Virus record (IMG/VR): IMGVR_UViG_3300026512_000002
Span: 163,697 to 227,696 of that record
Reading direction: 5' to 3' (one strand)
Length of the DNA: 64,000 bases
Position 1 is the stretch's first letter, and each line of letters starts with the position of its first letter. Positions 38,501 to 49,073 of the stretch are shown in pieces. The position numbers and the translations under genes are program-made. Below the pieces are notes generated by a model that did no database searches, was not told the origin of the DNA, and saw only the letters and a list, made by a program, of their open reading frames with translations.

Positions 38501-41500
38501 ATCAATACTTATTTTATCAATAAAGTCATGATCACCACGTGTTGTTTTATTAATTTTTTTCAATTTTTCATATTCATTATCATATTCATTAGTTTCCTCA
38601 TAATCTAATTTTCGATAACTATTACTCATATCTGTTAGTTTATTTTTAATATTATCTACCCATAAAACATTATCATTATATATATCACAATCTTTTTCAA
38701 CTCTAATAAATAATTTTTTTATATTATTAATAGTTTCATCAGTAATAGATTTATCTGGCATTTTATAATACTCTAACATTTTTTCAATATATGATTCATA
38801 TAAACGTTTCTTTTCTAATTTTTTAATACTAGTATTAGATATATTTTCCATATTTTTAGATATTTTATCACCTACTATTCTAATATACGAACTAAGTTGA
38901 ATTTTAAGTCGTTTAATAAGATCTAATCTCATTTGTAAAGTTAACCCACCTTTAATGTAATTTTCGCTATTAGATATTTTTTCAATAGCAACTTTATTAT
39001 CTAAAACATTTTCAACAGTCTCTTTTTTAGGAATAATTTTATCAAACGATAATATACTACTTATTTTATTTTTAACTATAAGCCGTCTTTGATATATTTT
39101 CAGAAGCTCATATGGATCTTGTAAACTATCAATTTTTTTAAAAATAGCTGGTAGTTTTAATTTCTGCAACATAGCATCAAGTTTTTTCGTAGCAGCTAGT
39201 CTTTTAATTATTTTTTCTCGACCATAATCATTTCTCATACTATATACATTATTTACTTCTGATATAACATCCATAAAGTTAACTTTATTAAGGATATCGA
39301 TAATATCACCATAACTATCTTGTATCATGGACAATAATCTATTATTATTATCAACATCAGCGACATTGGTACTATTAGATATTTTGTTCTTAATATCAGT
39401 TAAAATATTATTATAACTGTCTTTATATAAATATATTTTTTTAGCTGAGATAACTAATTTTTTTCTAATACTTAATATTAAATCCGAAGACATCATGGTT
39501 AACCTTACTTCATCTTCTGAAGCACCTACAGCACTATTGTAGTATTTAAGATTCTTATTCTCTTCTTTAGTTAACACACTATTATCTTTCAATATATTTT
39601 TAACAATATCGGCCTTCTTATATTTACCAAAATCTTCGACATATTTTTTAATAAATTCGTCAAAATCTACTAATTGAATATCTCTAAATTTATTAACAAT
39701 ATTTATATATTCAGATGTCGTAATTTTATCAGAATATGTCAATCTCACAATATCATTATATAATTTTAATAACATATTATATGCTGATCGCAAACTTTCT
39801 AAAATATCATTTTTATTTTCGGCACCAATCTCTTTAATATTAATCAGTTTACTAATATTTTTTTTCAATGACAATAATTTACTTTCAACCATTACTTTAA
39901 ATTTCTTAAGCTTAGTTTTTAATTCAACAGATACATTATCTTGTAATTGAACCAACTTTTCTTTATCATCAGCATTTTTACTATTTTTAAGTTCCACTAT
40001 TTCATTATCAGTATTCTTTAATTTAGATAAACCATCTGATATAAATTTATTAATATCTTTAACACTCGATTTTGTATATGTTGCTACGTTCGCATATGTT
40101 TCTTTTAATATATTTGTAATTGAAGTATTAAGTAATTTCTTATATATGCGCCTAGCATTATTCATAACACTATCTGATATTTTTTTTAAACCTTTAATTT
40201 TAACAAGTTCTATTTTTCTAATATCTAATTCGGAAACATACGCTGTTAAACGCGATATCATTTCCCTACCTTCAGAGGTACCTGATTTCACTTTCATAGA
40301 TTTTATTTTATTTTTAACATAAGTGATTTTATCATCAATATCCCTTATACCTTGTTCAATTTCTGCTTTATACTTACTTGTTTTAATATCAACTAATTCT
40401 TTAACACTTGAAACTGCTTCTTTAACACTAATTAAATCTATATTTCTGACATCTTTTACAAATTTTTTTAAATCTAAACCACCAATATCTTTAGCTTTGT
40501 TTAATATTTCACTTGTTTTATTTTTAAGCAACATTGATACTTCTTTAATATATTCTTTCACACTATTATTGGTTAATGATTTATCTGTTAAAGAATTTTC
40601 CAATTTATCTAAAAGTATTTTGGATTCATTTATTACATTCTGTATAAAATTACGATAGACATTAGGTTTTCCTGTAGAACTATTATATGTTGAAGTCAAA
40701 GCAGTTATATAATTACGAACTTTCACTATCAATAACGCTATCTTATTTAAAGCATCAGAAGTGATACCACCACCACTCATTATTGTTTTAGATATTTCTG
40801 ACAATTTTTTATAGTCACCTCTACGATACATTTCTATAGCTTGCTCAGATTTAGCAAAAGCATTCAAACCTTTCATGTTTAAAAAAATATCAGATCTATT
40901 AACAACTTTTTCAGCTAAATGTGGTGTAAATGTTCTTCCGTTCAAAACATCTTCTAGCTCTTTAACAATTTTTTCACCACGTTTAGCACCATCTAAATCC
41001 TTCATTTTAATTAAACCAGATATTTTTTCTTCCATTAAACTAATTTGATACTTTATTAAATACATATATGATGATCGTAGCCTTAACGCATATTTACGTT
41101 GTTTCAAAGACCCATCGTCAGCTTCTGCAAAATTTTTAAAATCGGAAGCAATAGAAACTCTAGTAGCTATTTCAGTATTTGCTCTACGATCTATTAAACT
41201 ACCTTTTTTATCTCTCATATATAATAGATTATTTATCTTAGTAAAAGTTTTTTTAACACTAACACCTAATTCATTAGCACCGGTTTTAGCATACTTACCC
41301 CATAATATAATGAATATATTATATAAACTCCAACCTTCTTCAGCTTTACGGTGAACACTATCACTTTTTTCACCATCTAGTTCACCAAAATAAAATTTAG
41401 CATTATCAACCATATTACTAATAACACCATCACCACTCCTAACTTTTTTATAATCATCAATATTATTTACAAAATATTTTTTATCTTTTTTAGGAAACAA

Positions 41501-44500
41501 CGCTGGTAACAACACTGTTGTTATAAATGTTGGTAGCTTCATACCTGTTTTTCTTTTTTCTTCAAATAACATAGACCATTTACTAAAGTCTCTAGTAAAC
41601 ATAACTATTTGTTTTTCATTAATTGCAAAATAATTCATATAGTTATTTCGTTGATTTGTAGTGAACCACTTCTTATCCATAGACATTAACATGGTTTCAA
41701 ATTCATTTTTCATATTTATCGCTTCATCGGCATCTATCTCACGACCAGCAAATTTATCTAATTTAACAGAAGTATATGAAGCAATTTTAGTAGCCTCATA
41801 TCCGCTACCATATTGACCTTCAATATTTTTGAAAATAGATATGTATTTATACGGATTTGATTTTTTCTTTAATATTTTAACATCTCTAATAAATTTGTGA
41901 ATACCCTTTTTGGTTTCAGCATCTCTTATTTTAGCAAACTCATAAGCACCAAAACCAACATATCCTGCAGCAGCAAACCATCTTACACCAGGTATTGTCA
42001 TACCTATGGATAATGCTGTTCTAATACCATCTGACTTAGCTTGTTCACCTCTTTTTTCAGACAAGGATTGGATTTGTAAATCTAATTCATCTACCAACAT
42101 AGGTCTCAAACTAGGATGCTTAGCAGCAGCTACTAACATATTGAACAATTCCGGTTGTTCAGCATATTCTTTTTTCAACGCACCTATATTATAACTATGT
42201 ATATTACTTATATAATTCTTAGTTTTACTCAACTTATCTATTAATCTTGTGGTAAGTGACCATCTTTTATAACCCTTATACATACCATATAATGCTAAAC
42301 CAACACCGGCCCATCTTAAAGCCACTTTTAAACCAGCACCACTTTTAAAACCAGTCACAACACCTGATAAAGTGTTTTTAAAACCAATAAACATCTTACC
42401 TATTCTAGCACTAGTACTGGTTTTTGCAACACCCAATCCAGCTTTAATCTTACGATATAATAGTACCTGAGAAGCGAAACCCGCAACTGAAGCAACATTG
42501 TCAACAATACCTGAATCATCTGTAGAATTATTATTAGATAATGATTTGATTTTGTTTGATCCGGATATAACACCATATCTATTTTTTGATTTACCAATAC
42601 TAGTTTTACCATTAGTGTTATCAGTAAAATCATCATTATATTTAGATTTATTAATAGCATTGCGAGCGGCATCAATATCATTTTTAGCTTTTATTTTAGC
42701 TGATTCTTCTTTCTTTTCTCTTTCTTTTTCTTTTAAGTCTTCTCGTTTAATATTATCATTCACAAGTTTATTATCATTGGCCACCTGTGCTTCACTAGTA
42801 CCTGTTATAACTGCTTTAATTTCCTCTAATTTATCAGTAATCTTATTTGTATTCTTATTATCATTAGATACAATGTCTAATTTTCCATCTTTTGAAAAAA
42901 ATGCACTATTTTTGTCATCACCAGCAACATTTTTCTTATACCATTCCTCAGCTTTCTGCTCATTTTTACGTATACCTGTAAGACTAAACGCCCAATACCT
43001 TTTTTTACTAGCCATAACATCTAATTTTTCTTTAAACGCCTTCCACTCTTTTACAGTAAAAAAAGAATTTTTCTCACCATACAGTTTTTTACCTTCCGGT
43101 AACTTTCTGTTATAATCTTCTAATTCGGCACCAGTTATCTTACCCAATTTAGCTAAACGTAAAGCCTTCTGTTCAAAACTAACTTTATCATGAGCATTTA
43201 TTCTTTTAAATAAAGTTGCTGCTCCACCAGCAGTACCAGTAACTACACCAGCAACCTTACCTAGACCTCTCAATATTGTTGATATCCAACCGCCGACACC
43301 TCTATGTCTCATCATATTTTTTTCAACATGTTCAGCATGTTTATAAACTTCAACATATCCTTGATAACCTATATTACCAATTATTTTATCACGGATCTGT
43401 GGTTCTAACAAATTAACTCGTGTAAGCAACCCAGCACTAATACGTTTCTTTAACCAATAAACATCCCAACTATCTTTCCATAAATGTTTAAAATATATAC
43501 GCATTCTATCTGTTAAACGTTCACCAATTTCCCTATTATCTAATTTATATAATGCTTCATATAATGATTTGGATTTATCTCTCGATTCCGCCTTAGCAGC
43601 AATATCATATACTCTCCGTAGCCTAATACTGCCAATAGCACCCCCACCAAATGTATCTGTTAATTCGGCTTTTATGTCAGAGTTTTGTAATTTTGATAAT
43701 GTTAACTCACCACGCTCTGCCATCTTCATATATTTTTTAAATTCTTTACGAGCAGCTCTAGCATCAAAAAAATGTAATTTATTCCAATATAACCCACTCG
43801 ATTTATCATTTCTATTAATCTTTTTCTTTTTATTAATAGCTTTCCACATATTGTCACGATCTTTCTTTATCTTAATAGTTGCTGCTAATCTTCTTAATTT
43901 TTCAAAACCATCCTCACCAAATGATTGTATTAGCGACAACCTAACATCTTTTTTATTAAAATCGTCTTCAACCATAAAACCGGTCTTTATCTTACGAATA
44001 GCAAAACGCCAATGAACTTTATCCAAAGCATATTTACCAACCTTATATGCTAAAAATAACGGTGGTGCTGTTACAGCAACAGCTGTTTTACCAACCGGTA
44101 TCAATACTTTCTTTAATGTTAACGCATCTTCTTTAGATATAGCAACACGCATATATCCATCGTAGTAACTCTTACCTTTTTTAGGACCAAATGTTTCTAA
44201 TATATGTTTTTTATTTTTTATCAAATATGCTGGTGTTATAAATCCACTTTTAACACCAGCCCATAATTTAAGATGTAATTTTTTAACATCTATATATTTA
44301 TCTATTTCCTCATCAGCAATACCTACTAAATCAGATGTTAAACTTTTATTAGCATACTTAGTTTCACCACTTTCAACCTGTTTCTTTAAATCAACAGCTC
44401 GATCATACAATTTTTCATATTTTTTCTCACCAAATTTCTTAGATAAATATGATTTACTTTTTTTAAGGGTCTCGACTCTTATTCTACCACTATCAACAAA

Positions 44501-47500
44501 ATTAGATATTATATTATAACTCCTATCATTGAAGAAATCTTTAGCACTATCACTATATTTGGCCATAAACTGTTCGTACACAGTATCAGTTTTTTGTTGT
44601 AATGTTGCAATACCACTATCTATTTTACCAATCTTCATATTTATAAATTTGCTGATATTATCAGGATTAGAAATATTTTTAGCCACATATTCAGCAACCT
44701 TTTTATCTGTTAACCCAATAACAGGAACATCTTTTATAAATTTTGCAATAAGTTTCTTAAGCTTATCTTTATCAGATATTATTTCATCAACAGTATTTTG
44801 TGGTAATGTTAATTTTTCAATAACATATTGATGAAAAATAGGATCGTTCACTAGCTCACGTTTACGAATCTCAACACCACTACTTGTTTTAGTATACAAT
44901 CTTTTCCCAAATAATCCTTTTTCCAACAACATTGGTTTATCTATAAAATCAGCATCATACTTAACAGATCCAACTGTTTTACCAACTGTGGTATTGTCAT
45001 CTCTATCACGCTTACCAGACATGTGAACGGTAGCTTCATATGAGTTTTTACTATTAATATTATCTGATATGGCAGAAGCCATGTTTGTAAAAGCTTGATA
45101 AATTTCAATATTTTTCTCATCTCTATCACCAAAAGTATTATTGAGTATATCAGCAACTTTACCAGGTTCCATCATTATTTCATTAAGAATACCTAAACCT
45201 AACTCTTTAGTAACACCTTCTGGTAATACAAATTCCCCATCCCTTATACCAATGATACCAGTATCACCCTCTGGAACTTCAACATCTTGTACTATTCTTT
45301 TATTCTTTTTCGCAACATGCTTGTTAAATAAACCTCCAAGAAAATATCCATCCGGTTTAAGCATTTTAGCTTCAGTAACTAAACCACCTTTACTATGACC
45401 TATTAAGCTAAAATCACCCTGCTTCTCCATATCTTTTATCATTTCATCATTAGTTGTTTTGGAATCATCTTCTTCTATGTCAATGTTAATAGCACCTGTT
45501 AAATTACTAACATCTCTTTCAGCATCTCGGCTATCTTTCTTATTCTCCTCTATATCTCTTCGCGTTTTTAGCTCGGCTACATACAGTTGTTTTTTATACT
45601 CATCTCTTTCTAAATCGTTAATATTTCCAATTAATTTTTTAAGATAACTATTTAATACTGTTAGCGAAGCATCATCAATATCGGTTAAATTGGCTCCTTC
45701 AGTAGCTCCTTTACCTAAAATCGTTTCAAACAAATTGGATAAACTATATGTGTTAACATCATCTAATTTATTAGCTCCTCTATATAGCATACTTGTTAGA
45801 AAATCACTATTTTCCTCACCATTCTTCACATAACGATCTCTACCTTTCCTAAAATTAGCTTTTACTAATAATTTTTTAACCTGTTCCTCTGTTAATGTTT
45901 TATTAACAGATAACCAATCTAATAATTTAGTTTTAATTTTTTTAAATGTTGGTTTATAACCACCATTTACTAAATCTATCATAGGTTGTGAATCTGATAT
46001 TAATTCCTTTATATATGGCGTTATTAAACCACCATGATCTTTAGCATATGCACGTATACTATCACTATATATATTATTTTTACCACTTGTAAAAGCTTTC
46101 AAAACATCTGTATCAATACTTAACTTAGTTAATAGAGCTGAATAACCTTCATCCGTTAATATAGTATTTACAGCCACTTGTGATATAACATCTTTATCAA
46201 CATTTTCAAATTTATTAACATTTAAATCACTAATACTTGCCTGTAGACTTTCAAACACATCATTTTTACGAAGATTATTCCCTTCAACATCTACTATATT
46301 GGTTATAAGCTTAAACACAGCTTCACCGACATCTCCTAAACCCTCTAAACGTCTAGCTTTAACAGCCAATTCAGCTAACAATCCCCTATGATTACCAGCA
46401 TATTTATTGAAATCTATAGATTGTAATACTTTCATAGCTTGAGCTATATGATTATCTAATTTTATACGCTCAGTTTCCTTTTGAGATGCTAAGTTTTTTT
46501 GTTTTGCAAGATATTGATTTTTCCTATTATAATATACTTCGCCATTTTCATCTATAATATCTTCATCATATAATTGATTTTTAAACTTTTCTTCAAGAGT
46601 TTTTTCCATATCTGTTTTAATCTTAGCATATATGTTACTTAACTCTTCATTGTTTTTAAAGACTTCAACGCTTTTAACATGTTCAACATTAAATAGCTTA
46701 TCTTCCATTTCTTTTCTAGTTACTAAAACACCGCCATTATCATAATCTACAATCTGTTCTCTACCTTCACTGAGTTCAACTCCTTTAATTTTAGCATATT
46801 TGGATCGTTCAGCATCTCTTGGTATACCAGCTATAAGTATATCTCGCATATCATCTTTTAATAAATGATATACTGTTTCATTAACATTTAGTATTTTTGA
46901 TAGATATGATGGTATAGATGTTACCAGTGCTTTACGACTAACCCCATCCCAAGCAACTTTACCTTTAGTATAACTACCAGCCACATCTTTCATAGTTACA
47001 TTATATTCAGGATCTTCCATATCCCCAAATAATTCACCTAGCATACGTAACATAGGATTCTTAGCTGTGGAAAAACTAGACATTGTAGAACTTAGACGTT
47101 TATTAAATGATGCAAAACTAGAATTAAATTCACCCATAGCTTTTTTAATATTTGTTGGTATTATATTAGGTAACAACATTGATGATAAGAATGGCATAGC
47201 ACCCTTCTGACCAAATTCAGCTAATAATCTGCCACCAACACCATTTTGGAACTCTTCATATTTATTACGCAATGCATCGCCCATTGATAATTTTTCTTTA
47301 TGCAAATCACCATATGGAGTATCACCGTTACTAGACGTATATGAACCACTAGCTGTTACAGTCTCATTACCACGGCTCTGTATACCGCTCATTGTCTGAC
47401 CTAAAGCAGCTAATAATTCTACAGTTTTACTTTGAAAAGCATATGTTCTAGAATGAAACTGTTGAATTTGATTTCTTTGAAAATCAACCATTTTAACTTG

Positions 47501-48055
47501 AGCGGAATAAACCATACTCAAACTTTTAACAATATCTTTAGTACTAGACAATGTTGCTAATGTACTATACTTGATAGCACCTATATCTGGTTCATTACCA
47601 CCTTGAGTAGCAATATTTACATTAGCAACAGCACCCCGACTAGCTGGTGATACTTCTGGAACACTAGATTCTTCTGTGGGAATAGATTCATCCCCTGAAT
47701 AACCACCAAATGATGCCATTTCATCAACACCATATTCTTCATCATATTCCTGATTTTCACCAAATTGGATTAAGTTACCGGTTGAAATATCACTTATTGT
47801 TTTTTTCAGACCTCGTTTTATCTGATCATCCCAAATATTATGTTTAGCAATTGTACTTATATCTCTAAATGCTAGCATTAAATCAGCTATACCACCAGAA
47901 CCTGGATTTGTCACACCTTTCACAATACCGTTAACAGATTCAAAGAAATCTGGCATAGTATCTTTTACAGCAGCTTTTCCCAATCTACCAGTATTACCTA
48001 AACCATGTTTTATCTGGTCTTCCCAGAACGAAGTATTCACACCTTTAATCATCAT
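35501..48055 (-). CDS. Tape measure protein (4184 aa) with C-terminal M15 peptidase
   Basis: Very long helical Lys-rich ORF; KGKVAWDGVSRKALVTSIPSYLSKI resembles AR9-like TMPs; central Gly/Ala hydrophobic segments; late motif upstream. Confidence 0.75.
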   Translation of the reverse strand: MMIKGVNTSFWEDQIKHGLGNTGRLGKAAVKDTMPDFFESVNGIVKGVTNPGSGGIADLMLAFRDISTIAKHNIWDDQIKRGLKKTISDISTGNLIQFGENQEYDEEYGVDEMASFGGYSGDESIPTEESSVPEVSPASRGAVANVNIATQGGNEPDIGAIKYSTLATLSSTKDIVKSLSMVYSAQVKMVDFQRNQIQQFHSRTYAFQSKTVELLAALGQTMSGIQSRGNETVTASGSYTSSNGDTPYGDLHKEKLSMGDALRNKYEEFQNGVGGRLLAEFGQKGAMPFLSSMLLPNIIPTNIKKAMGEFNSSFASFNKRLSSTMSSFSTAKNPMLRMLGELFGDMEDPEYNVTMKDVAGSYTKGKVAWDGVSRKALVTSIPSYLSKILNVNETVYHLLKDDMRDILIAGIPRDAERSKYAKIKGVELSEGREQIVDYDNGGVLVTRKEMEDKLFNVEHVKSVEVFKNNEELSNIYAKIKTDMEKTLEEKFKNQLYDEDIIDENGEVYYNRKNQYLAKQKNLASQKETERIKLDNHIAQAMKVLQSIDFNKYAGNHRGLLAELAVKARRLEGLGDVGEAVFKLITNIVDVEGNNLRKNDVFESLQASISDLNVNKFENVDKDVISQVAVNTILTDEGYSALLTKLSIDTDVLKAFTSGKNNIYSDSIRAYAKDHGGLITPYIKELISDSQPMIDLVNGGYKPTFKKIKTKLLDWLSVNKTLTEEQVKKLLVKANFRKGRDRYVKNGEENSDFLTSMLYRGANKLDDVNTYSLSNLFETILGKGATEGANLTDIDDASLTVLNSYLKKLIGNINDLERDEYKKQLYVAELKTRRDIEENKKDSRDAERDVSNLTGAINIDIEEDDSKTTNDEMIKDMEKQGDFSLIGHSKGGLVTEAKMLKPDGYFLGGLFNKHVAKKNKRIVQDVEVPEGDTGIIGIRDGEFVLPEGVTKELGLGILNEIMMEPGKVADILNNTFGDRDEKNIEIYQAFTNMASAISDNINSKNSYEATVHMSGKRDRDDNTTVGKTVGSVKYDADFIDKPMLLEKGLFGKRLYTKTSSGVEIRKRELVNDPIFHQYVIEKLTLPQNTVDEIISDKDKLKKLIAKFIKDVPVIGLTDKKVAEYVAKNISNPDNISKFINMKIGKIDSGIATLQQKTDTVYEQFMAKYSDSAKDFFNDRSYNIISNFVDSGRIRVETLKKSKSYLSKKFGEKKYEKLYDRAVDLKKQVESGETKYANKSLTSDLVGIADEEIDKYIDVKKLHLKLWAGVKSGFITPAYLIKNKKHILETFGPKKGKSYYDGYMRVAISKEDALTLKKVLIPVGKTAVAVTAPPLFLAYKVGKYALDKVHWRFAIRKIKTGFMVEDDFNKKDVRLSLIQSFGEDGFEKLRRLAATIKIKKDRDNMWKAINKKKKINRNDKSSGLYWNKLHFFDARAARKEFKKYMKMAERGELTLSKLQNSDIKAELTDTFGGGAIGSIRLRRVYDIAAKAESRDKSKSLYEALYKLDNREIGERLTDRMRIYFKHLWKDSWDVYWLKKRISAGLLTRVNLLEPQIRDKIIGNIGYQGYVEVYKHAEHVEKNMMRHRGVGGWISTILRGLGKVAGVVTGTAGGAATLFKRINAHDKVSFEQKALRLAKLGKITGAELEDYNRKLPEGKKLYGEKNSFFTVKEWKAFKEKLDVMASKKRYWAFSLTGIRKNEQKAEEWYKKNVAGDDKNSAFFSKDGKLDIVSNDNKNTNKITDKLEEIKAVITGTSEAQVANDNKLVNDNIKREDLKEKEREKKEESAKIKAKNDIDAARNAINKSKYNDDFTDNTNGKTSIGKSKNRYGVISGSNKIKSLSNNNSTDDSGIVDNVASVAGFASQVLLYRKIKAGLGVAKTSTSARIGKMFIGFKNTLSGVVTGFKSGAGLKVALRWAGVGLALYGMYKGYKRWSLTTRLIDKLSKTKNYISNIHSYNIGALKKEYAEQPELFNMLVAAAKHPSLRPMLVDELDLQIQSLSEKRGEQAKSDGIRTALSIGMTIPGVRWFAAAGYVGFGAYEFAKIRDAETKKGIHKFIRDVKILKKKSNPYKYISIFKNIEGQYGSGYEATKIASYTSVKLDKFAGREIDADEAINMKNEFETMLMSMDKKWFTTNQRNNYMNYFAINEKQIVMFTRDFSKWSMLFEEKRKTGMKLPTFITTVLLPALFPKKDKKYFVNNIDDYKKVRSGDGVISNMVDNAKFYFGELDGEKSDSVHRKAEEGWSLYNIFIILWGKYAKTGANELGVSVKKTFTKINNLLYMRDKKGSLIDRRANTEIATRVSIASDFKNFAEADDGSLKQRKYALRLRSSYMYLIKYQISLMEEKISGLIKMKDLDGAKRGEKIVKELEDVLNGRTFTPHLAEKVVNRSDIFLNMKGLNAFAKSEQAIEMYRRGDYKKLSEISKTIMSGGGITSDALNKIALLIVKVRNYITALTSTYNSSTGKPNVYRNFIQNVINESKILLDKLENSLTDKSLTNNSVKEYIKEVSMLLKNKTSEILNKAKDIGGLDLKKFVKDVRNIDLISVKEAVSSVKELVDIKTSKYKAEIEQGIRDIDDKITYVKNKIKSMKVKSGTSEGREMISRLTAYVSELDIRKIELVKIKGLKKISDSVMNNARRIYKKLLNTSITNILKETYANVATYTKSSVKDINKFISDGLSKLKNTDNEIVELKNSKNADDKEKLVQLQDNVSVELKTKLKKFKVMVESKLLSLKKNISKLINIKEIGAENKNDILESLRSAYNMLLKLYNDIVRLTYSDKITTSEYINIVNKFRDIQLVDFDEFIKKYVEDFGKYKKADIVKNILKDNSVLTKEENKNLKYYNSAVGASEDEVRLTMMSSDLILSIRKKLVISAKKIYLYKDSYNNILTDIKNKISNSTNVADVDNNNRLLSMIQDSYGDIIDILNKVNFMDVISEVNNVYSMRNDYGREKIIKRLAATKKLDAMLQKLKLPAIFKKIDSLQDPYELLKIYQRRLIVKNKISSILSFDKIIPKKETVENVLDNKVAIEKISNSENYIKGGLTLQMRLDLIKRLKIQLSSYIRIVGDKISKNMENISNTSIKKLEKKRLYESYIEKMLEYYKMPDKSITDETINNIKKLFIRVEKDCDIYNDNVLWVDNIKNKLTDMSNSYRKLDYEETNEYDNEYEKLKKINKTTRGDHDFIDKISIDKQIDIYGAILRNMISKYSDILLNVMNKETVLVKMWDKYNTYMNIINEAKKYLDTLKNTTNIYNLRESYVEIDKFIDKYKDPSKINIKFVTNTVKDKEKKIKTDIAATDEVINAMKENVLGNNVTSKKIYRDLERAVDKYNKQHWDTNRAVVDKLSKKIMETYIDIVTNYIDRFTDELELLKLNDDNWYKVEGVKLAEKYIEKLIDYENKLVKDYNSETLFIDDAETVSIGIVEKYRREVIDVDWVDNFRKELVVEYKKTHKTWFTKGLEYIKSFIPEKKEDAKTYDFKPMLINGHVKKIKKEKKSSVSKKKVEDTKKEAVTKPKDIYDDEQFKIDTYGVANKRTDLTLAESRINIYATNINAFTTYIAKLNKDFPDKDIINVIDKWDTLIELSLKRILKVRKRISNYFRKIDKVTIANIDSLNAEIDTIMKIKLPTRAELLEDIKREHVKSHTYTTNIRDNDGKMMQYNASTTNTVFTKFDNILKKISGGNNIDSNNYSSDRDVSKNLNNKQLLTLLNKRVAVKDKNGNYVTKNIKNKKTGKVEKVNITRAADLSTKDYNKYSTQLTENFGFRQNSDGQWNQIKKHKYGLLQNELPIDGNIASFEKVNPELRKPFLEMASDYYNLTGRKIHVNSGYRDIEKQARLAFNLKPGDKLSYKDMNDYIRKYHKVPNPRAAVPGNSAHNVGYAVDANGVDLIIADKLGLFKKHGLFRPLSRLHQPSNKSYFEEWHTELAKYAKHAGDEGYGQIRHDFFTKPDNNKELALYNIFHSKHKIKPTDNDKKGTVITDRISKDIDEPIKNNGKKKLSEKKMAALEKDASKLLKKDANTYSETGEKYDPSKDNENGALVSSNKKKRNVETFQKGDASDIEISYNSHKYNNNNDKYIPNTSDDNIMLGVLNKIVKILNLIYMKNDNNNNLVVENSDAKNNNENTIEKLLKNINGTITTTNLKIIEAILHSANSRNIGRGQNNNNNGMDVSSIMYQLNNMIVNNNNEKYNIL
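36300..36690 (-). other. Peptidase M15 (VanY-like Zn D,D-peptidase) domain inside the TMP
   Basis: VNSGYRD..KQ, PGNSAHNVGYAVD (SxHxxGxAxD), EEWH. Confidence 0.85.
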
Positions 48056-48072
48056 TATACCATATTAATGTT

Positions 48073-48084
48073 TAATGTATTGTT
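48073..48084 (-). promoter_or_regulatory. Putative late promoter AACA-N6-TA
   Basis: AACAATACATTA upstream of the TMP gene. Confidence 0.55.
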
Positions 48085-48111
48085 ATCCGATATTTTATGA
48101 TTTTTTTTTCT

Positions 48112-48150
48112 AAAAAAAAAAGGTTGTTAATTATCATAACAACCTTTTTT
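48112..48150. terminator. Bidirectional intrinsic terminator
   Basis: A-run, AGGTTGTTA / TAACAACCT, T-run. Confidence 0.85.
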
Positions 48151-48177
48151 ATAAAATAACTATATATTATATGTGTG

Positions 48178-48747
48178 CTATTTAAGCTTCCACAATAATC
48201 CTTTTTTAGACAATTCCAATATAGCATGAGCATCTATTATATCACTTATACCTTTAGATGAAATTATTTTATCTTCACCATCAACCATAATGTTCTTATA
48301 TAATCCATACTTTTCACATAGCATATATATCCATTTTCTAAAATTAATGTCACTATTATTAAACATACTAGCTTTACCAGCATTACCTTTTCCTGTAAAC
48401 AATTTTTTAATAATAGTAGGTGGTTCAATTAATTGTATTTTGTCCCTATATATATATTTAATAGCACCAGTGAATTCATGCGTTTGTATACTACTATTTG
48501 AATGCGAACTAAATGAGTAACCCTCAAACATCATTATATCGAAATCATATCTATCTAATATATTTTTCAATTCATCCAAATATTCAAAATAGTACTTATT
48601 TTTAGTATTTATAGTATATATATTGGGCTCATTTTCAAGTTTCAATATTTTAGCAGTATTATTCAACACTATATAATCTACACCATTTGGAACTTCAATA
48701 GCAATAGCACTATTACGAAGAGCTATATCTAATCCTATAGAAATCAT
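48178..48747 (-). CDS. RuvC-like Holliday junction resolvase
   Basis: SIGLDIAL, MFEGYSF, PPTIIKKLFTGKGNAGK, DIIDAHAI. Confidence 0.85.
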   Translation of the reverse strand: MISIGLDIALRNSAIAIEVPNGVDYIVLNNTAKILKLENEPNIYTINTKNKYYFEYLDELKNILDRYDFDIMMFEGYSFSSHSNSSIQTHEFTGAIKYIYRDKIQLIEPPTIIKKLFTGKGNAGKASMFNNSDINFRKWIYMLCEKYGLYKNIMVDGEDKIISSKGISDIIDAHAILELSKKGLLWKLK

Positions 48748-49073
48748 TTAACCTCCAACAGTTTATCGTTTTCCTTAACATATAATTTGTTATGTTTAAT
48801 ATCATGTAGAACAGTTTTACCTTCTTTTAAATACATGTGAGTTTTTCGCAATATATTATAATCATATACTTCTAACTCAATAACACTCCTAATAAGTTTT
48901 AACCCATTTAATTTAGCAAAATCTTTCTTATTTTCCAATCTACGCAACTCTTTTTTACCATCATTTATTTTTTTTTGCAATTTACGAATATTCATTCTAT
49001 ATTCAGATATTTCACTAGAATACTTTTCCAACAATTGACTCAATTCATTAATTTTATCATTATTATTTTCCAT
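48744..49073 (-). CDS. Hypothetical protein with N-terminal coiled coil
   Basis: 109 aa, overlapping both neighbours. Confidence 0.65.
   Translation of the reverse strand: MENNNDKINELSQLLEKYSSEISEYRMNIRKLQKKINDGKKELRRLENKKDFAKLNGLKLIRSVIELEVYDYNILRKTHMYLKEGKTVLHDIKHNKLYVKENDKLLEVK

Noticed and set aside
48161-48172. ATATATTAT on the plus strand after the terminator
   Set aside because: No plus-strand gene follows; probably chance in AT-rich DNA, though an antisense promoter is not excluded.
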